From contig JBFGJH010000030.1 in assembly GCA_041577335.1 (NCBI GenBank), positions 1 through 36,220 on the forward strand: a DNA stretch of 36,220 nt. The letters run 5' to 3'. The stretch comes from Acidimicrobiia bacterium (GTDB lineage: Bacteria > Actinomycetota > Acidimicrobiia > Spongiisociales > JAENVV01). Of this stretch, positions 18,444 to 27,299 are shown one piece after another. A program made the translations under genes and the position numbers. The notes under the pieces are model-generated. The model saw only the letters and a list, made by a program, of their open reading frames with translations. It was not told the DNA's origin and did no database searches. Position 1 is the first letter of the stretch. Every line of letters starts with the position of its first letter.

Positions 18444-18556
18444 CCAAACACAGCCCAAAGCACGACGGCGATGGTGGCGATGAGTGCGCCAACAACCATG
18501 AGGATGTCAGCCATGCTTCGTTCTTGTGGAGCTCCTCGAAACGGATTGAATCCCAT
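18440..18556 (-). CDS. 38-aa single-TM small protein
   Basis: MGFNPFRGAPQERSMADILMVVGALIATIAVVLWAVFG. TACCAT lies 6 nt before the ATG and the stop overlaps the next start. Confidence 0.65.
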   Translation of the reverse strand: MGFNPFRGAPQERSMADILMVVGALIATIAVVLWAVFG

Positions 18557-18607
18557 GACTGCATGGTATTGCCAATTCGGTCGTGTGTGGTTGATAGGGT
18601 GGCGGCC

Positions 18608-19381
18608 ATGTTCAGTATCGAGGATCGTGAGTCGGTGAGATGGCTGACCCTGGATCGGGCGGGCACTCGCAACGCTATCGCGAACGATGGGTGGGCTACG
18701 TTGCACGGCATCCTCACCGATTTCGACCAGTCCAAACAGCGGGTGCTGGTCATCACGGGCGCGAATGGGGACTTCTGCGCCGGCGCCGATGTGTCGGGCC
18801 TATCCGGTGCTGACGAGGCTGGTATCGAATCGGCGCGCCAGGCTATGAGGAGAGTCGAACAGGCCGCGACCGTTCTCCGGCGCATCGGCAAGCCCACAAT
18901 TGCGGCTGTCGAGGGTGTCGCCGCCGGAGCGGGCATGAATCTGGCGCTCGGGTGTGACGTCGTTATCGCGTCGGAGACTGCTCGTTTCACCGAGGTTTTC
19001 GTCAAGCGGGGTCTCATGCTCGACTTCGGCGGAACCTGGCTTCTCCCTCGCTATGTCGGTTTGCAGCGAGCCAAAGAGCTGGCCTATAGCGGACGGATCG
19101 TCGAGGGACGAGAAGCCGCTGCCATTGGGCTGGCACTCGAGGTCGTGGACCCCGGATCGCTTCTCGATCGGGCAACTGAGCTGGCAGACGTGTTTGCAGC
19201 CGGCGCCCCCATCGCCCAGATGTTCTCGAAGCTCGGGATGGAACGCGGACTCTCCAGCACGTTCGAAGATGCTCTTGCTTTCGAGACGACTGCCCAGTCG
19301 GTATGTCTCACGTCCGAGGATGTCAAAGAAGGTGTCGCCTCCTTCTTCGAGAAACGGCCACCCGTCTTTCGTGGCCGGTGA
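18608..19381 (+). CDS. Enoyl-CoA hydratase/isomerase family protein
   Basis: FCAGAD, KPTIAAVEGVAAGAG, LALGCD, DFGGTW and EGVASFFEKRPP. Confidence 0.95.
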   Translation: MFSIEDRESVRWLTLDRAGTRNAIANDGWATLHGILTDFDQSKQRVLVITGANGDFCAGADVSGLSGADEAGIESARQAMRRVEQAATVLRRIGKPTIAAVEGVAAGAGMNLALGCDVVIASETARFTEVFVKRGLMLDFGGTWLLPRYVGLQRAKELAYSGRIVEGREAAAIGLALEVVDPGSLLDRATELADVFAAGAPIAQMFSKLGMERGLSSTFEDALAFETTAQSVCLTSEDVKEGVASFFEKRPPVFRGR

Positions 19382-19391
19382 TGGACAGGGC

Positions 19392-19730
19392 CTAGGCCAC
19401 TTCTGCAGGGCCAAACGTCAGTTGTCCTTCTACTTCCCAGAACGGTTGGATACGGACACGTTCTTCGTGCGCGCCGAGCGCGGCGTGGGCCGCGGCCATG
19501 AGTGGGGCCGGAACATGCACCGTGACGTTTTCTGGCCGTTCTGAGGCCATCGACGCTGCCACGTCGATTTCTTGCCGGCTCTGCGCGATGATTTCGACTC
19601 CACCAAAATCCCAGCAGCGGATGGTGGGCAGGCAGGCCTCGGCATCAACCTCGAAGCGATGCCCGGTGGCTTGGTGAGCCGTGATGACCGAGTTGACCAC
19701 GTTGGTTGCGACGGTGACTGTCAGGGACAT
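19392..19730 (-). CDS. Hypothetical protein (112 aa)
   Basis: SD GAGG before ATG 19730, globular-looking composition, fills the gap convergent with the hydratase. Confidence 0.6.
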   Translation of the reverse strand: MSLTVTVATNVVNSVITAHQATGHRFEVDAEACLPTIRCWDFGGVEIIAQSRQEIDVAASMASERPENVTVHVPAPLMAAAHAALGAHEERVRIQPFWEVEGQLTFGPAEVA

Positions 19731-19736
19731 GGGAAC

Positions 19737-19764
19737 CTCTGAATTGCATCCATGTAATTCAGAG
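19737..19764. promoter_or_regulatory. AT-rich 28-bp palindrome (operator or RBS hairpin)
   Basis: CTCTGAATTGCAT-CC-ATGTAATTCAGAG, 12 of 13 positions matched. Confidence 0.55.
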
Positions 19765-20060
19765 TAGTCAAGCACGCACCGAGAGTGGCGGACCTTCGGA
19801 TACCGCCGGGCCGCCTCGGAGGCCACAGCGCATGGCGCTCCGAGGAGCCGGCGATGCAACTGGGGTTGCTGCGGGTCGCCCGATTGAGGCCCCGAGCCGT
19901 CGCCGGCTCAGGAGCAAGAGATCAAACGGACCGCCCGAACCGCATTCCCCAGTCGCTCCACGGCGTCACCGGATGGCGAACGCCGTCCGCCTTCTGTCTC
20001 CAGAATGACGGTGTTGGCACCATAGTCGCCTAAGCTTTCGGCCGTTCTTCAGAGGATCTC

Positions 20061-20270
20061 ATGTCGCGCTCAGGCACCCAACCCGGTCTGCTCATCTCCG
20101 AACTCATGTCGGGCGATGGCCCCCACATCGATATGGCGGAGAGTTTTGTTCTTCGCCGTTGCGACGAGTGCGGTGCGCGCACTGCGGGCGAGCTGGCGGT
20201 GAGCGGAGGGCGATGGCATTGCGCCCGTTGTCTCGGCTACACGGTGGCGGCGGTCGGCGCCGCAGGCTGA
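20061..20270 (+). CDS. Small zinc-ribbon-like protein
   Basis: SD GAGGA before the ATG. CDECG...WHCARC gives two CxxC pairs. Confidence 0.55.
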   Translation: MSRSGTQPGLLISELMSGDGPHIDMAESFVLRRCDECGARTAGELAVSGGRWHCARCLGYTVAAVGAAG

Positions 20271-20292
20271 CCTGCGGCCTTCTCTCCGAATC

Positions 20293-20314
20293 TGTCACCG
20301 ATGCCACATACGTT
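20293..20314 (+). promoter_or_regulatory. PafBC/RecA-NDp-like promoter of comM
   Basis: TGTCAC-N10-TACGTT, 6 nt before ATG 20321. Known consensus is about TGTCGG-N10-TAnnnT. Confidence 0.55.
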
Positions 20315-20320
20315 GAGGCC

Positions 20321-21796
20321 ATGTATTCCTCAACGAATTCCGTGGCCCTCATCGGAGTCGAGCCGCGGCTGGTGGGCGTCGAAGCGCATGTGAGCCATGG
20401 CAGTAAGAACGTCGTTGTCATCGTGGGCCTTCCCGATACGGCAGTGCGGGAGGCACGCGACCGTGTGCTCGCCGCGCTTGTCTCGAGCGGGTTTCGTCGG
20501 CCTTCGGGGCGTATCGTTGTCAATCTCACTCCAGCCGACCTACCCAAGGTGGGCTCGGCATACGACTTGCCCATTGCTCTCGCCCTCCTCGCCGCCACGG
20601 GTGAAATCCCCAAAGGTGCGCTGCGAGTCGTGGCCCTCGGCGAGCTGACGCTCGACGGGACCATCCGCCCCGCTCGGGGGGCGCTCGGAGCGGCGCTCGT
20701 CGGGCGACAGAGCGGTTGGAGTGTGTTGGTTGATCCGGTGAGTGCCGTCGAAGCCGCGCTCGTGCCCGGTGCGAGCGTTCTCCCGGTGCGGTCCTTGGCC
20801 CATGCAGTTGCTGTCCTGAGAGACCTCGATGTGCCTGCCCCTGTCGAACCGTTCGCCGACGTAGACCGCCCACCCGGGGTCGATTTGTTGGAAGTTCGTG
20901 GCCACGAGCAGGCGCGGCGAGCTCTGGAGATCGCGGCCGCAGGCGGTCATCACTTGCTGATGTGGGGGCCTCCTGGAACGGGCAAGACGATGCTTGCCAA
21001 GAGCCTGCCCGGGATCTTGCCTCCGCTCACCAGCGAGCAAGAGCTCGACGTGGCGCAGGTGTTCGCCGCCGCGGGGCGTCCGACACCCGCAGGTGGTCTT
21101 CGTCCGTTTCGGGCCCCTCATCACACTGCCACCCTTCCTGCGCTCGTCGGCGGCGGAAGCGGAATACCGAGTCCTGGCGAAATCTCTCTCGCCCATCACG
21201 GGGTCATGTTTCTCGACGAGCTCGGTGAGTTTCCCGCGAACATCCTCGAAGGACTGCGCCAACCACTCGAGGACGGCCATGTGACCATTGCTCGCCAGGG
21301 GAACACCACGACATTTCCCTCGAGTCACCAACTGGTGGCAGCGACGAATCCGTGTCCATGCGGGTTCGATGGCGATCGTAAGGTGGCGTGCCAGTGCTCA
21401 CGGAATGCCGTCGATCGATACCGCCGCCGATTGTCCGGCCCACTGATCGACCGGTTCGATGTCAGAGTCCGCGTCGGGCGGCCCCGGCGGTCTGAGCTCA
21501 CCGGACCGGTCGGGGAGTCGTCGGCGGCCGTGCGCGTTCGCGTACAAGCGGCCATGAAACGTCAATTGGGCCGTGGCCGGCTGAACCGGGAAATGGGTCG
21601 CCACCAGCTCGACGACATGGCAATCACCGACGACGCCCTCGCGACATTGGCGCGTGCCTACGACGAACTCACCTTGTCGGCCCGCGGTTTCGACCGAGTG
21701 CGACGTGTGGCGAAGACCATCGCCGACCTCGAGGAGAACAGCGTGGTGAACAACGCACATGTATCAGAGGCCTTGTCGTTGCGCGGTGGCTGGTGA
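20321..21796 (+). CDS. comM: YifB/ComM Mg-chelatase-like AAA+ ATPase
   Basis: IVGLPDTAVREARDRV, NLTPADLPK, GPPGTGKT, RAPHHTAT, GEISLAHHGVMFLDE and NPCPCG. Confidence 0.95.
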   Translation: MYSSTNSVALIGVEPRLVGVEAHVSHGSKNVVVIVGLPDTAVREARDRVLAALVSSGFRRPSGRIVVNLTPADLPKVGSAYDLPIALALLAATGEIPKGALRVVALGELTLDGTIRPARGALGAALVGRQSGWSVLVDPVSAVEAALVPGASVLPVRSLAHAVAVLRDLDVPAPVEPFADVDRPPGVDLLEVRGHEQARRALEIAAAGGHHLLMWGPPGTGKTMLAKSLPGILPPLTSEQELDVAQVFAAAGRPTPAGGLRPFRAPHHTATLPALVGGGSGIPSPGEISLAHHGVMFLDELGEFPANILEGLRQPLEDGHVTIARQGNTTTFPSSHQLVAATNPCPCGFDGDRKVACQCSRNAVDRYRRRLSGPLIDRFDVRVRVGRPRRSELTGPVGESSAAVRVRVQAAMKRQLGRGRLNREMGRHQLDDMAITDDALATLARAYDELTLSARGFDRVRRVAKTIADLEENSVVNNAHVSEALSLRGGW

Positions 21797-22677
21797 GCCG
21801 CGACGCCCACGTTCGGCTGGCGCACGCCGCCCTGCATCCCGATCGGAAACGTTCGCTGCTCGAACGATACGGCTCTCCCGGAGCAGTGCTGGCGGGCATC
21901 CAGCGAGGTCGGATCAGCGTTCCGCCCGCAGCTCGCGACGCTGCAGCCGTTCCGTTATCGGCTCGGTATGAGATGGCCTCTCGGCTGGGATATCGACTTC
22001 TCGTGAACGGCGACGAAGCGTATCCGACGGGCCTCGGTCTGCTCCCCGATGCTCCGGATGTCTTGTTCTGGAAAGGAACGGTTCCCGAACGTCTGGGCGT
22101 GGCGGTAGTGGGGACGCGTCGGTGCACGACGTACGGGCGTGAGGTGGCCGTGGATTTTGGCGCGGCCCTCGCCAAGGCGGGGGCATACGTTGTCAGCGGC
22201 CTCGCCTACGGTATCGACGAGGCTGCGCATAGAGGCACCGTGGCCGCCGGTGGCACCGGGGTCGCCGTGCTGGGTTGCGGCATCGATCGCTGGTATCCCC
22301 GCACCAGCGCCGATCTCGGGGCCAGGGTCTTGGAACTCGGCGGAGCGATCGTGTCCGAATATCCGCCCGGTATTCGTCCCTCCGGATGGCGCTTCCCGCC
22401 CCGCAACCGCATCATTTCCGGGCTTTCGGCCGTGGTCGTCGTGATCGAAGCCGCCGCCACCGGGGGAGCCCTCATCACAGCCAGATACGCTCTGGCACAG
22501 GGCCGAGAGGTGTTTGCCGTGCCAGGCGATGTCGATCGGCGATCGTCTGAGGGAACCAACCGACTCATTCGCGACGGGGCATGGCCGGTTTTCGACGCTG
22601 CCGACCTCATCGAATCGGCCGGGCGTGTGGCCGAGATCGGGCTTGGCGCACCCGCCGACCCTGCCCGCGACAGCTGA
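21793..22677 (+). CDS. dprA: DNA-processing protein DprA
   Basis: AVVGTRRCTTYG, VSGLAYGIDEAAH, FPPRNRIISG and GALITA. GTGA overlap with comM. Confidence 0.96.
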   Translation: MSRDAHVRLAHAALHPDRKRSLLERYGSPGAVLAGIQRGRISVPPAARDAAAVPLSARYEMASRLGYRLLVNGDEAYPTGLGLLPDAPDVLFWKGTVPERLGVAVVGTRRCTTYGREVAVDFGAALAKAGAYVVSGLAYGIDEAAHRGTVAAGGTGVAVLGCGIDRWYPRTSADLGARVLELGGAIVSEYPPGIRPSGWRFPPRNRIISGLSAVVVVIEAAATGGALITARYALAQGREVFAVPGDVDRRSSEGTNRLIRDGAWPVFDAADLIESAGRVAEIGLGAPADPARDS

Positions 22678-22753
22678 CCAGAACCGCTTTTTGCTGCCGG
22701 GCTATTCGACTGTGGTCGTTGACCCCGTCGACAACAACGGCGAGCATGCACCC

Positions 22754-23644
22754 ATGTCGCGCATACCGCTGCTTCCCGCCTGGGCAGGTCCGGCCGTCAA
22801 GGCCTATTTGACTCGGCTCGAAACGCAGCGACACCTGTCCGCTCACACGGTCGACGCGTATCGACGTGACCTCTCGCAGTTTCTCGATTTCTGTGACCGC
22901 GCCGGCGTTGGCGACCTCCAAGAGGTTGACCGCTTCATTCTGCGCTCGTACCTCGGCCATCTCGCCGAAGAGCGCTATGCCCGTAGCTCGGTTGCCCGCA
23001 AGGTGTCCGCGATTCGAGCGTTCTACACCGATCTGGCACGGCGCGGACAGGTACAAGCCAATCCGGCCGAATATCTCGTTGCCACCAAAACTCCCCACCG
23101 ACTGCCCAAAGCGTTGCCGCAACGAGTCGTCAAGTCCTTGCTGGAGAACCTGCCTACGGACGACCCGGTCGGGCTGCGCGACCGAGCGCTTCTCGAGGTT
23201 CTCTACGGCTCCGGCTTGCGGGTGTCGGAAGTCGTGCAGATGAGGACCGGGGACGGTTCATCGAAGATGATCACTGTCCGAGGCAAGGGAGACCGCGATC
23301 GAGTGGTGCCCATCGGCGATGTTGCGCTCGAAGCGCTGCGGGACTATCTCGCCGACGGCAGACACGAGCTGGTGACCACTTCGTCGGGCGACGCCCTCTG
23401 GTTGGGCGTTCGAGGCCAGCCTCTGACCGATCGGGGGATCCGCAGAATTGTTCGTCAGCGGGCGGGGACGTTCCCTCACGCGCTCCGCCATTCCTTCGCA
23501 ACCCACCTCCTCGAAGGCGGTGCCGACCTGCGCGCAGTCCAAGAAATGTTGGGCCACGTTGAACTCGGCACGACACAGATTTACACTTCGGTAACTCGGG
23601 ACCACCTCAAGGCGACTTATGAGCGAACTCACCCGCGGGCGTAA
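22754..23644 (+). CDS. xerC: Tyrosine recombinase XerC
   Basis: HTVDAYRRDL, RDRALLEVLYGSGLRVSE, GKG, PHALRHSFATHLLEGGADLR and LGH..TTQIYT. Sits in the usual dprA-xerC position. Confidence 0.9.
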   Translation: MSRIPLLPAWAGPAVKAYLTRLETQRHLSAHTVDAYRRDLSQFLDFCDRAGVGDLQEVDRFILRSYLGHLAEERYARSSVARKVSAIRAFYTDLARRGQVQANPAEYLVATKTPHRLPKALPQRVVKSLLENLPTDDPVGLRDRALLEVLYGSGLRVSEVVQMRTGDGSSKMITVRGKGDRDRVVPIGDVALEALRDYLADGRHELVTTSSGDALWLGVRGQPLTDRGIRRIVRQRAGTFPHALRHSFATHLLEGGADLRAVQEMLGHVELGTTQIYTSVTRDHLKATYERTHPRA

Positions 23645-24410
23645 AGCCTCGGACGAACACGTAGCGGGGCTGTGGGAACAGTTCAAAGCTACCGGCGACG
23701 GAGGGGCTCGCGACGCGCTCATCCTGCACTATTCGCCGCTGGTCAAGTTCGTGGCGGGCCGTGTTGGCGTTGGGCTTCCCCGCAATGTCGAACAGGCCGA
23801 CCTCATGTCATACGGCATCTTTGGCCTCATCGATGCCATCGACAAATTCGAGCCCGAACGGGGGTTCAAATTCGAGACGTACGGCATCAATCGAATCAAA
23901 GGTGCCATCCTTGATGAGCTGCGCGGTCTCGACTGGGTGCCTCGCAGTGTCCGGGCGAGAGCCCGCGAGATCGAACGGTCGATCGCCGAGCTCGAACACC
24001 GGATGCAGCGGTCCCCGACCGAAGAAGAGCTTGCCAAGCACATGGGCGTCCCGCTGGGTCAGCTGCAAGATCATCTCGGCGAGATTTCCAACACCGGCAT
24101 CGTCGCCCTCGACGAGTTGCTCGGCCGCGACTCGGATAGCGGGTCCTCGCTGGGCGACATGGTTGCCGACCCAAGGGGCCTGAGCCCCGAAGCGGCGTTC
24201 CAGGTGGAGGAGACCAAACGGGTCATCGCCGACGCCATCAACCGGCTGCCCGACCGCGAGCGGCTGGTGGTGACGCTGTATTACTACGAAGGCCTGACGC
24301 TGTCCGAGATCGGCGAGGTACTGGGCGTCACCGAGTCGCGGGTTTGCCAGATCCACACCAAATCGGTGATGAGCTTGCGCAACCGCATGGCTGAGCCCTC
24401 CACCCGCTGA
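23619..24410 (+). CDS. whiG: FliA/WhiG-family sigma-28 factor
   Basis: LILHYSPLVKFVAGRVGVGLP, KFETY, DELRGLDWVPRSVR and LYYYEGLTL.EIG.VLGVTESRV.QIHTK. Confidence 0.92.
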   Translation: MSELTRGRKASDEHVAGLWEQFKATGDGGARDALILHYSPLVKFVAGRVGVGLPRNVEQADLMSYGIFGLIDAIDKFEPERGFKFETYGINRIKGAILDELRGLDWVPRSVRARAREIERSIAELEHRMQRSPTEEELAKHMGVPLGQLQDHLGEISNTGIVALDELLGRDSDSGSSLGDMVADPRGLSPEAAFQVEETKRVIADAINRLPDRERLVVTLYYYEGLTLSEIGEVLGVTESRVCQIHTKSVMSLRNRMAEPSTR

Positions 24411-24450
24411 GCCTCGGCCCGGCTGTCGACTTACCCGTCAGGTCGGCTAC

Positions 24451-24608
24451 TGGTACACTCCCGCTCGCCCCTCGGGGCAAATACACACGCTGTTCGTCGT
24501 TCTCCCTTGGTCAACATCAGTTGGAGGAGAAGGTGCGATCCCCGATCGCCAAGGTGCGATCCCCGATCGCCGACACAGCGGAGGAACCAACCAACAAAGG
24601 AGCACGCC
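24451..24608 (+). promoter_or_regulatory. rpsB promoter and structured 5' leader (S2 autogenous-control type)
   Basis: TGgTACACT extended -10. ACACAC followed by a CGCTGT...ACAGCG closing stem and GGAGG, the layout known for rpsB leaders. Confidence 0.6.
24530..24571 (+). repeat. Perfect 21-bp tandem duplication
   Basis: AAGGTGCGATCCCCGATCGCC x2. Confidence 0.97.
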
Positions 24609-25379
24609 GTGGCTGCAGTCACCATGAAGCAGTTACTTGAAGCGGGAGTCCACTTCGGACACCAGACCCGCCGATGGAATCCCAAAATGCGGCCGTTCAT
24701 CTATGGCGAACGGAACGGCATTCACATCATCGACCTCAACCAGACACTCGATCAGGCCAATCGCTCGTACGAGTACGTGCGCGACCTCGTCAAAGGCGGC
24801 GGTTCGATCATGTTCGTCGGCACCAAGAAGCAGGTCGCCGGTGCCATCGCCGAGGCTGCCGACAAAGCGGGTATGCCGTATGTCAATTTCCGCTGGCTAG
24901 GCGGCATGCTCACCAACTTCGCCACGATCCAGAAGCGGATCTTCTACATGAAGGAGCTCCGCCGCATGGAAGAGTCGGGCGAGATGGATGGGCTTCCCAA
25001 GAAAGAGCGCCTGAGGTTGCGCCGAGAGTTCGAAAAGCTGGATCGCAACCTCGGAGGCGTGTCCGAGCTCACCAAGCTCCCCGACGCCCTCTTCGTCATC
25101 GACGTCAACGTCGAGACGACGGCCGTCAAAGAAGCCGTCAGGCTCGGCCTTCCGGTGTTGGGCCTCGTTGATTCCAACTGTGACCCGGACGGCATCGAGT
25201 TTGTCATTCCCGGCAACGACGACGCGGTCCGGTCTGCCCAGCTCATTGCCACGATGATCGCCGATGCGTGCATCGAAGGGAAGATGTTGGTTGGCAAGGA
25301 CGAGATGACGGAACCTGCGCCGAACGGAGCAGAAGCCGACAAAGCAGCACCCGCCGACGCGGACGCCCCGGGGAAGTAG
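24609..25379 (+). CDS. rpsB: 30S ribosomal protein S2
   Basis: MKQLLEAGVHFGHQTRRWNPKM, RWLGGMLTNF and IPGNDDA. SD AAGGAG before GTG 24609. Confidence 0.99.
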   Translation: MAAVTMKQLLEAGVHFGHQTRRWNPKMRPFIYGERNGIHIIDLNQTLDQANRSYEYVRDLVKGGGSIMFVGTKKQVAGAIAEAADKAGMPYVNFRWLGGMLTNFATIQKRIFYMKELRRMEESGEMDGLPKKERLRLRREFEKLDRNLGGVSELTKLPDALFVIDVNVETTAVKEAVRLGLPVLGLVDSNCDPDGIEFVIPGNDDAVRSAQLIATMIADACIEGKMLVGKDEMTEPAPNGAEADKAAPADADAPGK

Positions 25380-25382
25380 CAA

Positions 25383-25997
25383 GTGTCCGAATTCACAGCA
25401 AAGGATGTCCAATCGCTGCGCCAATCAACCGGCGTCGGGATGATGGACGCCAAGAAAGCGCTCGCGGAATCTGGCGGTGACTACGACAAGGCTGTCGAGT
25501 ATCTCCGCGAGAAGGGACTCGCCGCGTCTGCCAAGCGAGCCGACCGGGATGCGTCGGAGGGCACCATCGGCAGTTACCTCCACCCTCAGTCCGATCGGGA
25601 TGTTGCCGGAGTGCTGGTGTATCTGTCCTCCGAGACCGATTTCGTCGCCAAATCAGACGAGTTCAAGCAGGTGGCGCGGGATCTGGCGATGCACATTGCC
25701 TGGGGCAAGCCCCGCTGGCTCACCCGTGACGATGTTCCGGAAGAAGATCTGGACACCGAGCGTCGCGTCATTGCCAAACAGGCAGAGAACGAGGGCAAAC
25801 CCGCTGATGTGATCCCCAAAATCGTTGAGGGGCGCCTGAACAAGTTCTATGCGGACAACGTGCTGCTCGATCAAGTGTTCGTCCGCTCCGACAAGTTCGA
25901 AGGAACGGTCGGCGACATGGTGGCTGCGCTGGCTGCCAAGATGGGAGAGAACATCTCGATCAAGTCGTTTGCCAGGTTGGCAGTTGGAGAGGAATGA
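25383..25997 (+). CDS. tsf: Elongation factor Ts (short form)
   Basis: [34 protein letters not shown] and GENI. Confidence 0.98.
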   Translation: MSEFTAKDVQSLRQSTGVGMMDAKKALAESGGDYDKAVEYLREKGLAASAKRADRDASEGTIGSYLHPQSDRDVAGVLVYLSSETDFVAKSDEFKQVARDLAMHIAWGKPRWLTRDDVPEEDLDTERRVIAKQAENEGKPADVIPKIVEGRLNKFYADNVLLDQVFVRSDKFEGTVGDMVAALAAKMGENISIKSFARLAVGEE

Positions 25998-26004
25998 CAT
26001 CGGC

Positions 26005-26751
26005 GTGAATGGCGAACCACCGGAGGAGCGCGCCGCCCGTCGTGTTCTGCTGAAACTGTCTGGCGAGGCGTTCGCCGACCCGGACGTCAAGTACGGCATC
26101 GACGTCAATGTGGTTCGGCGCGTCGCAGAAGAAATCGGCCAGGCGGCATCACAGGGGATCGAGATCGCCATTGTCGTGGGGGGTGGCAACATCTTTCGAG
26201 GCGTCTCATCGGCGGCCGAGGGCATGGATCAGGCGTCCGCCGACTACATGGGGATGCTCGCCACGGCGATCAATGGCATGGCGTTGCGGGATGCTCTCGA
26301 GAAGGTCGGAGTTCCGACGCGACTCCAAAGCGCCATTTCGATGCGTCAGCTTGCGGAGCCCTACATTCGGCTCCGTGCCATCCGACACCTCGAGAAGGGG
26401 AGAGTGGTGATATTCGCGGCCGGTACCGGCAATCCCTTCTTCACCACTGACACCGCGGCCGCCTTGAGAGCCGCAGAAATCGGGGCCGACATCGTCCTCA
26501 AAGCGACGATGGTCGACGGCATCTACGACGCAGATCCCCGCATCCATCCTGACGCTTCGATGATCGAAGAGATCACCTATCTCGAGGTGCTGGCTCGGGA
26601 GCTTCAGGTTATGGATTCCACGGCCGTTACCATGTGCAAGGAGAATGGGCTGCCGATCCGGGTGTTCAATCTGTTGAAGCCTGGCAACATCGTCAGAGCG
26701 GCGATGGGCGTACCCGTCGGGACCCTCGTTTACCAGGAGCGTGAGAGTTGA
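26005..26751 (+). CDS. pyrH: UMP kinase
   Basis: [24 protein letters not shown] and [12 protein letters not shown] start inferred. Confidence 0.98.
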   Translation: MNGEPPEERAARRVLLKLSGEAFADPDVKYGIDVNVVRRVAEEIGQAASQGIEIAIVVGGGNIFRGVSSAAEGMDQASADYMGMLATAINGMALRDALEKVGVPTRLQSAISMRQLAEPYIRLRAIRHLEKGRVVIFAAGTGNPFFTTDTAAALRAAEIGADIVLKATMVDGIYDADPRIHPDASMIEEITYLEVLARELQVMDSTAVTMCKENGLPIRVFNLLKPGNIVRAAMGVPVGTLVYQERES

Positions 26752-27299
26752 TCCAGGAATTGCTCGACGATGCCGAACACAGGATGGATCAGGCCGTCGA
26801 ACACGTCGTCGGCGAATTCACTACGGTCCGAACGGGACGCGCCAACGCGTCAATCCTCAATCGTGTCCAAGTCGAGTACTACGGTACGCCAACACCCCTG
26901 CAACAGCTGGCCAGTTTCGCCGTCCCGGAGCCGCGCCTGCTGGTGGTCTCCCCCTTCGACCCGAACGCAATCCCCGAGATCGAGCGAGGCATCAATGCTG
27001 CCCAGTTGGGTTTGAATCCTTCCAATGACGGCCATGTCATCCGCCTGGCGTTTCCCGAGCTCACCGAGGAGCGACGCCGCGAACTGATCAAGATGGTCAA
27101 GCACATGGCCGAGGAAGGCAAGATTGCGATTCGTCAGGTGCGCCGCCACGCAAAAGACTCGATGGAAGCGCTGCATGGCGAGGTTTCCGATGACGATATC
27201 CACCGTGCCGAGAAACAGCTGCAAGATGCAACGGATCGCCATACGAAGCGCCTCGACGAACTGCTCGAACACAAGGAGCAAGAGCTCCTGGAGGTGTGA
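26748..27299 (+). CDS. frr: Ribosome recycling factor
   Basis: [21 protein letters not shown] and PELTEERR. Confidence 0.98.
   Translation: MIQELLDDAEHRMDQAVEHVVGEFTTVRTGRANASILNRVQVEYYGTPTPLQQLASFAVPEPRLLVVSPFDPNAIPEIERGINAAQLGLNPSNDGHVIRLAFPELTEERRRELIKMVKHMAEEGKIAIRQVRRHAKDSMEALHGEVSDDDIHRAEKQLQDATDRHTKRLDELLEHKEQELLEV

Noticed and set aside
22754..23644. Phage or island integrase
   Set aside because: Sequence and dprA-xerC-rpsB context fit housekeeping XerC. No att sites or cargo.
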